Source: Kondoa subrosea
Taxonomy: Eukaryota
Direction: 5' to 3'
NCBI GenBank assembly: GCA_039545335.1
Contig: BCIN01000007.1
Coordinates: 248,001 to 312,000, forward strand
Length of the DNA: 64,000 nt
Shown in pieces: positions 12,670-23,177 of the stretch (its first letter is position 1; the number at the start of each line of letters is the position of its first letter). Under the pieces are notes generated by a model. It saw only the letters and a program-made list of their open reading frames with translations, had not been told where the DNA came from and did no database searches. The position numbers were made by a program, and so were the translations under genes.

Positions 12670-13209
12670 ATCCTATCGTCTGTTCTTGTGCGCAGTAGAA
12701 CGTCAAGGCTTGAAAGTAGAATGCAGTCGAGATTGGGCCTGAGAAAAAGAAAACGAAAAAATGCATTTGATCATCTGGAGACGGCCACCCATCTCAGAGA
12801 TACAGCATACCCACAGACGCACTACACGTTCTACTGACGATACCCATTAGCCAAAATGCATGGAGCAGCTGCATTGCATGCATTTCGCGCCATTTCGAAC
12901 ATTTGCCTATACTCGAAGCCGAGACGCGAGCGGAAGTGGCTTTGCTTATTGGAAGATGTAAGGGATAATGATCTGATGTATTCGCGAATCGCCTTTTCCG
13001 TCTTTACTTTGATTGAACGCGAGTTCCCAAATCCGGCTTTCAATTCGCTACGACTCTGTTCTGCTCCCTCGTCTCTTTTCTCACTCTAACTTTCCTGCTT
13101 TCGTACTGTTATCTTCGCATTCACTTGTTACACCAAAAAGCTTTGATAGCTTTTCTCTGCACATTACATTCATTCACAACCCTCACTCACAAACAAAGCT
13201 TTCTCAAAC

Positions 13210-14894
13210 ATGCAACTCAAAGTCACCATCTTTTCAGTCTTTATGGCTTTAACTTTATCAGCTTCTGCTATCAATCAAGATTCTAATGTAGCTGACAAAG
13301 CAATGGAGAACTTGATGGATCGAATCACTCGTTTAGGACATTTACCTCCAGTCAATACTATTCCTGTTGAATTAGCTCCTGCCGCCGCTGCCACACAAGC
13401 TCAACAACATTTGGTAGAACCTGTTGATCGTCGGTTTACCCCTTTGTCACAATTGACTCCGTCTCATGCTGATATTCGTATTTTTTTTTTAGCGGAACAA
13501 CACGATGAAGAGAAAAGAGGTTATTCAGAAGGTTTTCAGCAAATCGGTTCTGGTTTCTCTGATTTAGGTGGTTCGATCAAGAACTCTACTGTTTCACTTT
13601 GGAACAAAATGACCAAATCATCATCGGATGATGAACAAGAACAAACTGAAGATGATAAGAAAGCTGCAGAATTGAAATTCATTAACAAACGTGGTAATAG
13701 AAATGGTTAGTTCATCTCTTCTCTTACTCTTTGAGTAACAAATGCTGATTGAAAAGAGGAAAACAGCTGCTGTACCTGTACCTGTTCAACCTAAACCAAA
13801 CAGAAACAAAACTGTACCTGGTGTTGCTGCTATCCCACTTCAACCAATCGAAATGCCAGCAATGGTCATTAAAGGCGCCAAGAGATCTGTCGAAGTAGAG
13901 AAACGAGCTGCTTTATGGGATCATGTTCGAAGTTTGTCCCCCCTTTTCCCCTTTTTCAGCTCAAAGGGAATAAAGGTCTGATTGTTTGTGGGTTTTAGGA
14001 GTCGCTGCTGCTACTTCTAAACGCGAATTACAAGAACTACACGAGTATGCCAAGAGAAGCGACATGCTAGAAGATTTGAGCAGTCAGTTATTCTCCCCCT
14101 TTCCGCTTTACTCAACATGTATTGATTCGCATCTCACTGCAGAGCTCCCTTCGATTGGAGAGAAGCTATCTGCTAGATCATTGCAAGAGCGAAGCGAGAT
14201 GTGGAACAAGGTTCGACGTAAGTTCTTTCCGTATTTGAGTCGTAGACAGCTTGACTGATTAACAATGCAGAGGTTGCTGCTCAAGATCCTAAGAAGCGCT
14301 CAAAGGCAGCTAGAAGTATGTCCATTCAGCGTTGACAATAGTTCGTAGCTGATTAGTCTTTCCAGAGCCAATGCCCGTCAAAGGTCAAAACCCAAAGAAG
14401 CGCTCTCTGGAAGGAAGACCTGCTGTACCTCATGTCTTCAACAAGAAGTCTCTGGATGCTGTTCTTGGATCTCAGAATGCTACTTTCAGCGGTCCAGGTC
14501 GTAAGTTATTTCCCTCTTTTTGTTTCCTCTTGAGTTTTCGCTGATGTGTCGATTGATAGTCTCTGGTGTTTCTGCCAATGGAACAGTCACTTTGACTTTC
14601 AACAGCACTGAAGTCCCTCTCACTCTTGTCAACGGCACTCTAGCTTTAACCGCACCTTTAGCAATCACAACTTTGCAAGCAGCAGTCGATCAACTCGTCA
14701 ATGATGCTTCTTCAAACCCAGCTCTAGAAGTCGTTCCAGCTCCAGCTGGCATTGATACCAATATCGATACCGCTGTTGTTCAAGCTGTTCAAGATCCTCA
14801 TATCGCTACACTTGAAGGCGTACAAGCTTTGGATGCTCCTACACCTACTTTCGTTCCTCATATTCCTACTTTCAGAGCGAAAGCAAGAGCATAA
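13210..14894 (+). CDS. Secreted multi-KR precursor (candidate Kex2-processed peptide protein)
   Basis: Signal peptide MQLKVTIFSVFMALTLSASA; 8 exons joined by phase-1 introns; 8 KR sites; related units AALWDHVRRVAAATSKR and SEMWNKVRQVAAQDPKKR. Confidence 0.8.
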
Positions 14895-15095
14895 AGATCC
14901 TGAGACAAACAAGTCCTTGAGAAGCGGATGGATGAGTTGGAAGGAAAGATCTAGTTAATTCTTTTAGTCTTCGTTATATGTGCAAAGTAATTTGGGCTGG
15001 TCCTTCTCATTATGTACTTAAGTCTCACGAGACTTCTTCTGTATTTTGCTTACTGTCTTTGTTCTGCTTAAACGACGACATATTACATAATCAAT

Positions 15096-15882
15096 ATGCC
15101 AAGCGATCCTATCAAAGACTATGGCCTCACAGCTCTTCCGGCAGATCCTGAGAAGCCAGAACCTGCCTCTACTGGTCCTGCAAGCTATATTTCGCTGAAT
15201 GAAGTCGTTCCACCTCCAACTTCGCTTGCTAAGCAAATTGATGAATACACTCAATCTATCCTACCTGCGCAGACTTACAATCATTCATTAAGAGTGTATA
15301 CCTATGGTCGTATTCTAGCAACTCAACAATTCCCACAATTCGGCTTAGAAAGCGGGTCAAGCTTGGATGAAACTTGGTTCTGTTGTGCAATGTTACATGA
15401 TATTGGTACAACACCAGAGAATATTAAATCTACTCGATTGTCATATGAATTTTGGGCTGGAATTAAAGCTAAAGAAATACTTTTGGAAAAGAAAGCTGAA
15501 ATTAATCAGATGGAGAGTATTGTGGAAGCTATCATTCGGCATCAAGATGTTCAGGATAAAGGTAGTATTACACTTTTGACGAGATTGATTCATTTGGGAA
15601 CGTTGTGTGATAATATTGGGAAAGGCCAAGAGATGATTCATGAACAGACGAGGAAGGAGTTGAATGAGAAGTACGAGAGAAAGAACTGGAGCTCTTGTTT
15701 CAGAGATACAGTGATCCTTGAGAAGCAGTAAGTGGTGCAGCGGTCTTTAGTGCAGTTGAGTCCATCTGATTGTATGAAATTTCAGATTGAAACCATGGGC
15801 AATGGTGTCTCGAATAGAAGGCTTCGAAGATGATATAGATGCGAACGGAAAGGGAGTAATGGCAGAATGGGACAAGCAATAG
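15096..15882 (+). CDS. Cyanamide hydratase (HD-domain urea hydro-lyase, Ddi2/Ddi3-like)
   Basis: TYNHSLRVYTYG, MLHDIGTT, TRLSYEFWAG, EAIIRHQD, TLCDN, WSSCF, LKPW; a single intron at ~15728-15786. Confidence 0.9.
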
Positions 15883-16070
15883 CGAGATTGCACCGATTAT
15901 GGGGTTCCTAGCCTCCAGGGCAATTAAAATAGAGCTGCTTCATCTTTCACCTGAGCTGTTAGTTGACTTCCTGTCTTATCATGGTGTCTCATTAGTTCTC
16001 AGAGCGAAGATGTGGCCATTAGTATTCGCGAAGAGTTATCAGATGACAGGTCAACAACGATCAAGCATCC

Positions 16071-17731
16071 ATGGCCAAAGATCAAGACAAGCGGACGGCA
16101 GCAGTGATAGGAGCAGGATTAGTAGGATGCCTAACAGCTGCTATGCTGGTCAAGCAAGGTTGGAAGGTTGATTTATATGAAGGTCGTTCAGGTGAGATAA
16201 TAAGCAATTCAAGGGAAAGTCAGAGTAAAGGGCCGAGTTGGCGTAAGAACAGATCCAAGGAAAGCTCAGCATTCTGGCGAACGAGCTCGATCTATTAATC
16301 TGGCCTTATCGAATCGTGGAATCAATGCACTCAAAGCGGTCGATGAAGATTTCGCTAGAGCTGTGTTGAAAGGCTTGATACCAATGAAAGGTCGAATGAT
16401 ACACTCAAACGATGGACAGAAGAACTCTCAGCTGTACGGAATCAACGGCGAGGTAATGCTCTCGCATGATTCGATCGTACGGTACTCAATTTTGAGGCAG
16501 GCAATCAACTCCATCAGTAGAACAGTCCTCAACAACTCTCTGCTGGATGAGATTGAGAAGATGCCTGAAGTCACCTTGCATTTCAACCAGAAACTGCAGA
16601 GAATAGACTATAAGAATGATCAAATCACTATTGCCGATGCGGAAGGCGAAACTTGGGATGTTCATGCTGACTTTATTGTTGGTTGCGATGGTGCTTACTC
16701 AAAGGTCCGACAACAGCTTATGCGAGCAGAAAGGTGAGCAGCCATTGGATTGTTCAGCCTGTCGAGCTGATCATTCCTTTGGCTTGCTTACAGAATCGAC
16801 TTCAGACAATTCTATATCCCAGATATCTACCTCGAACTCTCAATACCACCAGGTCCAGTCGATCCCTCGACGGGCGAAGCTACTTTTTCTATCGAACCAG
16901 ATCACCTCCACATCTGGCCCCATCACAAATACATGCTTATAGCCCTGGCTAACGAAGACAAATCTTTCACCTGCACTCTGTTTGCTCCATTCGATACTTT
17001 TGCTACTCTCAAAACCGATGATCAAATCTTGACTTTCTTCCGGAATTCATTTCCAGATGCTTTACCGCTGATAGGGGAAGAAGAATTGTTAAGATGTTTC
17101 GCTGAGAATCCTCAAAGTCCGCTTATTACTGTGGAAGTGAGCAATTCTCTTCCTTTTGGATCTGAACATTACTGAAGCGTGGATTGAAGTGCTATCCTTA
17201 TCACCACAAAGACAAAGTAGTCGTCATAGGTGACGCAGCTCATTCGATGGTTCCATTCTATGGTCCGTCTAAAACTTCCCCCACTTCTGCCCTCTCAGTA
17301 TACTCATGCCGTACATACATTCAGGACAAGGAATGAATTGCGGTTTCGAAGATGTTCGAATCTTACAACATCACCTAACCCATTCCTCTTCACTTTCAGA
17401 AGCATTATCAAACTATTCTAACATCCGACAACCTTCTTTGAAAGCTATTCAGAAACTAGCAATTCAAAACTATACGGAAATGGCTTCCAAAGTCGTTGAT
17501 CCTTTTTATTTACTGAGGAAGAAGTTGGATAGTGTTTTAACTAAAGTATTGGGTGAGAAAGTTTGGTGCCCTTTATACACTATGGTTACGTTTAGGGATG
17601 ACTTGATGTATGATGAAGTGATTGAGAGGGAAGAATGGCAGCAGAAGATCATCACTAGGGTATTAGGGCTCAGCGGAGCTACTTTGATTGCTGGAATAGG
17701 GTTTGGGTTGATGAGATACTTGAAACGATAA
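16071..17731 (+). CDS. BNA4: Kynurenine 3-monooxygenase (FAD-dependent)
   Basis: [77 protein letters not shown]-terminal tail anchor. Confidence 0.95.
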
Positions 17732-17744
17732 GTGTTTTAATTTT

Positions 17745-17772
17745 GCGATATATAAATGTATATAAATGTTCT
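17745..17772. terminator. Tandem TATATAAATG elements, candidate shared 3'-end processing signal for convergent genes
   Basis: atatataaatgtatataaatgtt sits in the 41-bp gap between the stops of BNA4 (+) and the coiled-coil gene (-). Confidence 0.35.
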
Positions 17773-19017
17773 CTAATCTTCATACTGGGTATCATCATCG
17801 TCGTCATGTTCTTGCTGTTCTTCTGGCTGTGGTATAAGTCCGATATTTCTCAAATCCTCTTCTAAATCCATGTTCACCGCCGGTTCTTCTTCTTGCGAAT
17901 CAAGCAAAATCCGACGCTTCTTTGCACTCCTTTTCCCTCCGTCTACAATCATTGTACCGGTAGTACTATTCCTTTTTGGTGTACTCAGCACTGGTACAGG
18001 TGCGGTAGGTCGAGGAGGAGAGAAAAAAACCGAAATGCGATGGGCTGGTGGTTGTACTGGATTAGCACGTTTCCTCTTTTCTACTGAGTTAGGACTTTGG
18101 TCCGGCACTGGTTGTTTCGGAGCGGGAAAAGGTAAAGTAGAAGTAGAAGCTTGTTGCTCCGGTTGAGGTAAAGGCGGTTTTGAAGGCAAAGATGGTATAG
18201 AAGAAGGTCGATGAGGCGGTATGAAGAAATCATCTTTCCTGATTTGACCAGTCGTTGAGTTCGTTGAGCCGGTTGATGAGGGCAAGGATGAAACGCTAGG
18301 TTCCGAATGAGTTCCGATACTGGAGTTGTTTCGGATATCTGGCATGGAATTGCTCGATAAAGAGCTGGAAGAAGGATTGGTACGATAAATCTGGGCAGGC
18401 TGTGTGAAGCTGGAAAGGGTGATGACGTGCTGCATTAACGGGGCAAGCTGCGAAATTGGTTGGATAGCTGCTTGAATGGTTTGCAGTTGCTTGAGATCTA
18501 ACATTAGCAGCAACAAAATTATGAGAAGTCTTACATACAGAAGAGATAGTCTTGAGCGAGAGTTCCAAGCCATCGATCCGACCATGTATTCTTTGCTCAG
18601 CATTTTGATTCGATTGATCTATACTTTAATCCTCTACAGACATCCTCCCAACCGGAAGAAACACTTACCTTGATCTTTCACAGCATCTCTGAGCTCTTCT
18701 ACTTGTCGCTGTAGACTTGCATCCCTAGTTTGACATTCCGCTTCAAACGCCAGCAACCTTTCCTTATGCTCTTCGAATGCACCATCACTCGCTTTCCTAC
18801 CATCCTCGTTCCTTGTACTCAATTCAAGCACGCTCTGAGCAGTACTGTCTATTTTGTTGACGAAAGAATCAAGCAAAGTGTTTATAGCAGAAGAGTGTAA
18901 CAGGATCCGCGTTTGAACACTTTGATCTAAGGTAGGGGGTTGTATTGGTTGTTCTGCTTCTGCTGCTGGGGCAGGCTTGGGTTTGAGGAACGTATAAAGC
19001 GCGGAAGATCTCGACAT
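17773..19017 (-). CDS. Coiled-coil protein with Pro/Ser-rich disordered C-terminus (possible Mer2/Rec15/IHO1-like)
   Basis: Three exons in frame: MSRSSAL...QTRILLHSSAINTLLDSFVNKIDS...DAVKDQ / DQSNQNAEQRIHGRIDGLELSLKTISS / QLQTIQAAI...KKRRILLDSQEEE...TQYED*. Confidence 0.7.
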
Positions 19018-19181
19018 GATTGTTGCAGGTAAACAAATGAGGAGTTGAGATACACAGGAAAATACAATTGGAGAAGTGGCTTCTATGTGTTACTATGCTC
19101 TGAATATGCTTGTGACTGTACAAGTGGGTTTACTGATCTCATGACATGCAAAAAAGAATGGTTGTAAAGCAAGAAAGGTGT

Positions 19182-20647
19182 TCAAGCCAATATGGCCGCA
19201 ACAATGAAAGCTATCAAGCCAAGAGCTGCTCCTATGTTGCCTTTACTTGCTGAATTGACAGGAATTAGAGTAGGATAAACTCCGTTCGAGCCAGTGACCA
19301 TTGAAGTGACGAAAGCTTGTTGATTAAGAGCCTTGCTGCCAGACATTATTGAAGCAGAAGCGGTTGTCGTCTTCTTGTCTTCTGATCGGGTAGAGGAACT
19401 AGCTTCGGTGATCCCACTTCGAATAGATGCAGTCGATACAGGTTCAATCTGAATATCAGTCATTGAAGTGTAGTTCGCAGCGCTTGGCCAATTGGCAAGA
19501 TCAGGAACGTAAGGATCGAAGGAAGCAGTTCCATTTTCCCATAAGAACCAAGAAGCACCAACGAGCTATTGCGATTGTCAGCTCGGCTCAAATCTGGCTT
19601 AGAGAATTTCGAATAAAACGCACAGATCCTAAACCTTGTTTCTCCCAGATATGTCTTATTGATTCACCCCGAGCAGATCCATCAGAGGAATTGAGCATAT
19701 ATGTGAAAGGATTGGTTTGCTGGAAAAGCAAGAAACCATAACGATGTTGACCTTTAGACCAGGATTTAGCTTCGGCGCAGAGCTAGCTGTAAAGCTAGAC
19801 GAACCTGATCCTTCTGGTCCATCCACAGGCATAAAGTCAACTTGCATCCGGTATCAGTTATTGCTAAAAACAACAAGAACGAAAGGGGAGGACTGACGAG
19901 CTGTATCGCCGCCTGTCAACTGGCCAGCAACATCTTGGTCTTTCGAATCGGGGTCCCTTTGTTCTCTTTAATTTAGCATATCATGACAACAAGTATTATC
20001 ACGACTGACTTGATAGTCATATTAGCTTGAATCCAATGTAACCAGTTTGAGCCGAAATCTCCTTCACTTCTTATTGCACCAATATCAGCTGCCATCTTGT
20101 ATAAGTATGACCAGATTTCCTTGGAAATGAGGAAACCATACCAAAGAACAAAGTATACTGAGCATCCTTCATATAAGGTTGATAATCATAACTAGGAGAA
20201 AACCAAATGCTTGAAGGAGATTGATCACCAATTTGTTGATCAGTCATGATTTCACCATTGATTACTCGATTATTTCCGTCGAATTGAACGTAGAGTAAAC
20301 CTTTGGCGTTCAAAGTGAAATTGAACCCAATGGAATTATCAATCATTTGAGTTCCTAATCCCCAAGCAGTGAAGTCTGAAATTCATAAAATTAGTAAAAG
20401 AAGAGATAATGAGAAGAAAGAAAGGAAGGCTGTGTTTACTTTTGTTCACTTCTGCCAGATTGGTGCTATTCGCTGACCAGAGACTATACATGACTCGTCA
20501 GGTTATGCTTAATAAGAAGAGAAGGGATACTCACTGGTAAGGCGATTCCGTGGGCTTCGCAATTGCATCTTCCGTCGGAGAGGGCTTATAGCTCTGAGCC
20601 GTTACAAGTAAAGGCAAGATAGCCAGCGAGATTAGATTTATAGGCAT
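19182..20647 (-). CDS. Secreted, probably GPI-anchored cell-surface protein
   Basis: Signal peptide MPINLISLAILPLLVTAQ; Ser/Thr-rich C-terminal region; ends NSASKGNIGAALGLIAFIVAAILA*; several introns. Confidence 0.75.
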
Positions 20648-21169
20648 GATCGATAATCAGCAAAGCTTAGTCAGATTAGGGAAAATGATGATCACAGGAC
20701 GGGCAAAAGAGGGAAAGAGAGGAAAAGAGAGCATTGCTTCCAACGTTGTCATTCCGTGAGGACAAAGGGAAAGATCTTGGCTCTCGACGCTGGCAGACTT
20801 TCAGAGACTTATACGAGAGAACATTAATATGAGCAAGCAAGAGAGACAAAAGAGCAAAGAAAGAGATTCGGTAATGAAAGTGTGAAAGTCGTGCCAAAAG
20901 CAGCAGATGATGTCGTAACAAAAGACAACCATTCAGCTTGGCACAAGTCTAGCAAGCAGCGAGCAGCAAGGCTCAGAGCTCTTTCTTCTGCAAAGCTCGG
21001 ACTAATCTAATCTATAGACTGTGCTCGCTTGTGATCAAGCCTTTCAGCCCAAAATTCCATTTGCCAATATCTTTCTCGCCTTGACTACAGATTCCAAAAG
21101 TCAGCTCACTGTCTGGTTTGCTTTCACACACTCCTTTCCCCTTCGCTGCCATACTACTCCATATATAGA

Positions 21170-21531
21170 ATGTTCAACCCGTTCAAAAATCAACAATCAA
21201 CAGAAGTTTTACCGCTTGATTCAGAAACGAAGCGCGAATATCGTAGGCAGGAACGTCAAGTCTTGTATGCTTTAAGGGATGCTGGTTTCATTCAATTGCG
21301 TGACGAGACAAAAGAGGAAAAAGAGGAAAGAAGGATCAGGCGTGAGCGTAGGAGAGAGCGAGAGTTAGCTAGGCAGATGGAAGAACGTACAGCTCCTCCA
21401 GGTGAATTTCATGTCCTGTGTCTATCACCATTCATGTCTGAACTCATGCGATGCTGATAGTCTATTCACCAAACGAAGTCAAAGACACTTCTGATCCTCC
21501 GACTTACAGTCCGAACAAGACGCAGGTATGA
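21170..21531 (+). CDS. Small charged hypothetical protein with two PY motifs
   Basis: MFNPFKNQ...EEKEERRIRRERRRERELARQMEERTAPP / VYSPNEVKDTSDPPTYSPNKTQV*; intron ~21402-21460. Confidence 0.6.
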
Positions 21532-21766
21532 AGAGCTAGTCGAGATATTGGGGCATACATTCGTTAAAGGGCATTTCTTTCTAATCATGAATCTTCTATT
21601 GACATTGTAATCATTCTTATGTAACGGAAAAAAGGGCATCTTCATCATCTTATCTCTACGTATCCAATTGACCGAATACTACTCTTCTAGACGCAGGAGC
21701 TAAAGGCGGTCTCCAAGGACTGTAAAACAAATGTTTAGTATCTATCTGAAGTGTCTCACCATAAAC

Positions 21767-22936
21767 TCACCCAAACATAGCTCCAGCTTCTAATTGAATC
21801 CCTCTTTTCTCAGCATAAACCGTCAAAGTACTAAAAGCCTCTTGATCAACTTCTTGTTCGTAACCCATGAATTGAGCCAAAAGATGCAAACATCGAACCG
21901 GATTCTCTTGTTTCTCAGAATCGATCAACCAGCTTACGACATCAGAATAATCAACAGCTGATAACCAACTTAATTCTAGTCTTTTCACTTGAACGAGTTG
22001 AGGCATTTTGAATAAAGTTTTACCAAAGATAGGTCCACTCAAAGTTAAGGAATCCAAACAACCAGCAGTAGTGAAAGAAACGAATTTTGATCCAAGATGA
22101 CTTTCTTCATCTAATCTAGTCCAATCTTGTTCGATCTTAAGATCAATACATTTCTCTACGCTTGAACCAAGAGTTTGTAATACGATTTGATCAGAGGGTC
22201 CATCTTTGAAAATCAAACCTAGATGCAATCGTTTTAAAGAACCAACATGACCGAAAAGATGTTTGAAGTGTGAATCAGAGAATTCGCATTGATCTATCTT
22301 GAGTTCAACCAAGTTAGACATTTCTAAAGATGGTAAAGAGTCGATAATATCTTCTTCCCGTGTTAATTCTTCATAGATCCCACTAAGAGATAAAGAACGT
22401 AATCGAGGAGTCCATAAAGATAAAGCTGGAAGCAATTCTTTGAAAAGGATTGAGCCAGGTAAAGAAAGGAATTCGAATTCTTCAATTAGAGGTAAAGTTT
22501 CTAGTAGAGAGAAGAATAGGGCATGTTCTGGTTTTGATTCGTCGCAGACGTCCATCCAATTGATGGAGAGCGATTTGATGTCTTTACATAGCTTCAACAA
22601 AGGCATGATTGCTCGATCGAGCATATTCGCGGGTCGTTCGATGCAAATGGCTGCACTTCGACGGAAAGAGATAGATCCTGAGTTATCAAGACATTAGCAC
22701 TGATGGAGATGTAGCGAAAAGAATGAGTACATACGCATCATGGATGCCAAAGACGGATGAGCCTGCAGAGTTTCGGCAAGCAGAGGAGCGGTGAGATCAT
22801 CTACGACAGCTTCACGATACAGTGCTGGCGTGGAGAGAGCATGACAGGTCTTTGACAGGACTTGGACAGACAGCAGGTCTTGAGCTGGAAGCTTTTCAAA
22901 GATTTCAAGCAGGACTTCGGGGCTGAGTTTGTCCAT
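21767..22936 (-). CDS. F-box / RNI-like leucine-rich-repeat protein
   Basis: MDKLSPEVLLEIFEKLPAQDLLSVQVLSKTCHALSTPALY (F-box), then LxxLxL repeats (LRSLSL, LVELKI, LKRLHL, LDSLTL, VKRLEL); one intron. Confidence 0.85.
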
Positions 22937-23177
22937 AATACGATAAGAAGCTCAGGGACAGATGGATAGCTGGAACGAGAGAGCAGAATAAGAGATAGAT
23001 CGATTGGCATTCTCGCTCGCATTGCCTCAAATTGGTTGACAAAGGGCGAAAGGAAAGCAAGCGAAGCCAAGTGATCAGATCTAATGCTATCATTGTATCT
23101 TGATGTTTGGTATATGTAAATAGCTGGTCGTCGCAGCATAAAGTGCCAAAGCTGTGAAGCGAGCATGAATCATGTAT

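Noticed and set aside
8722..12809. Exact 15-mer CAGAGATACAGCATA at 8722-8736 and 12795-12809, both upstream of minus-strand ORFs
   Set aside because: About one or two such matches are expected by chance in 64 kb, and I saw no third copy.
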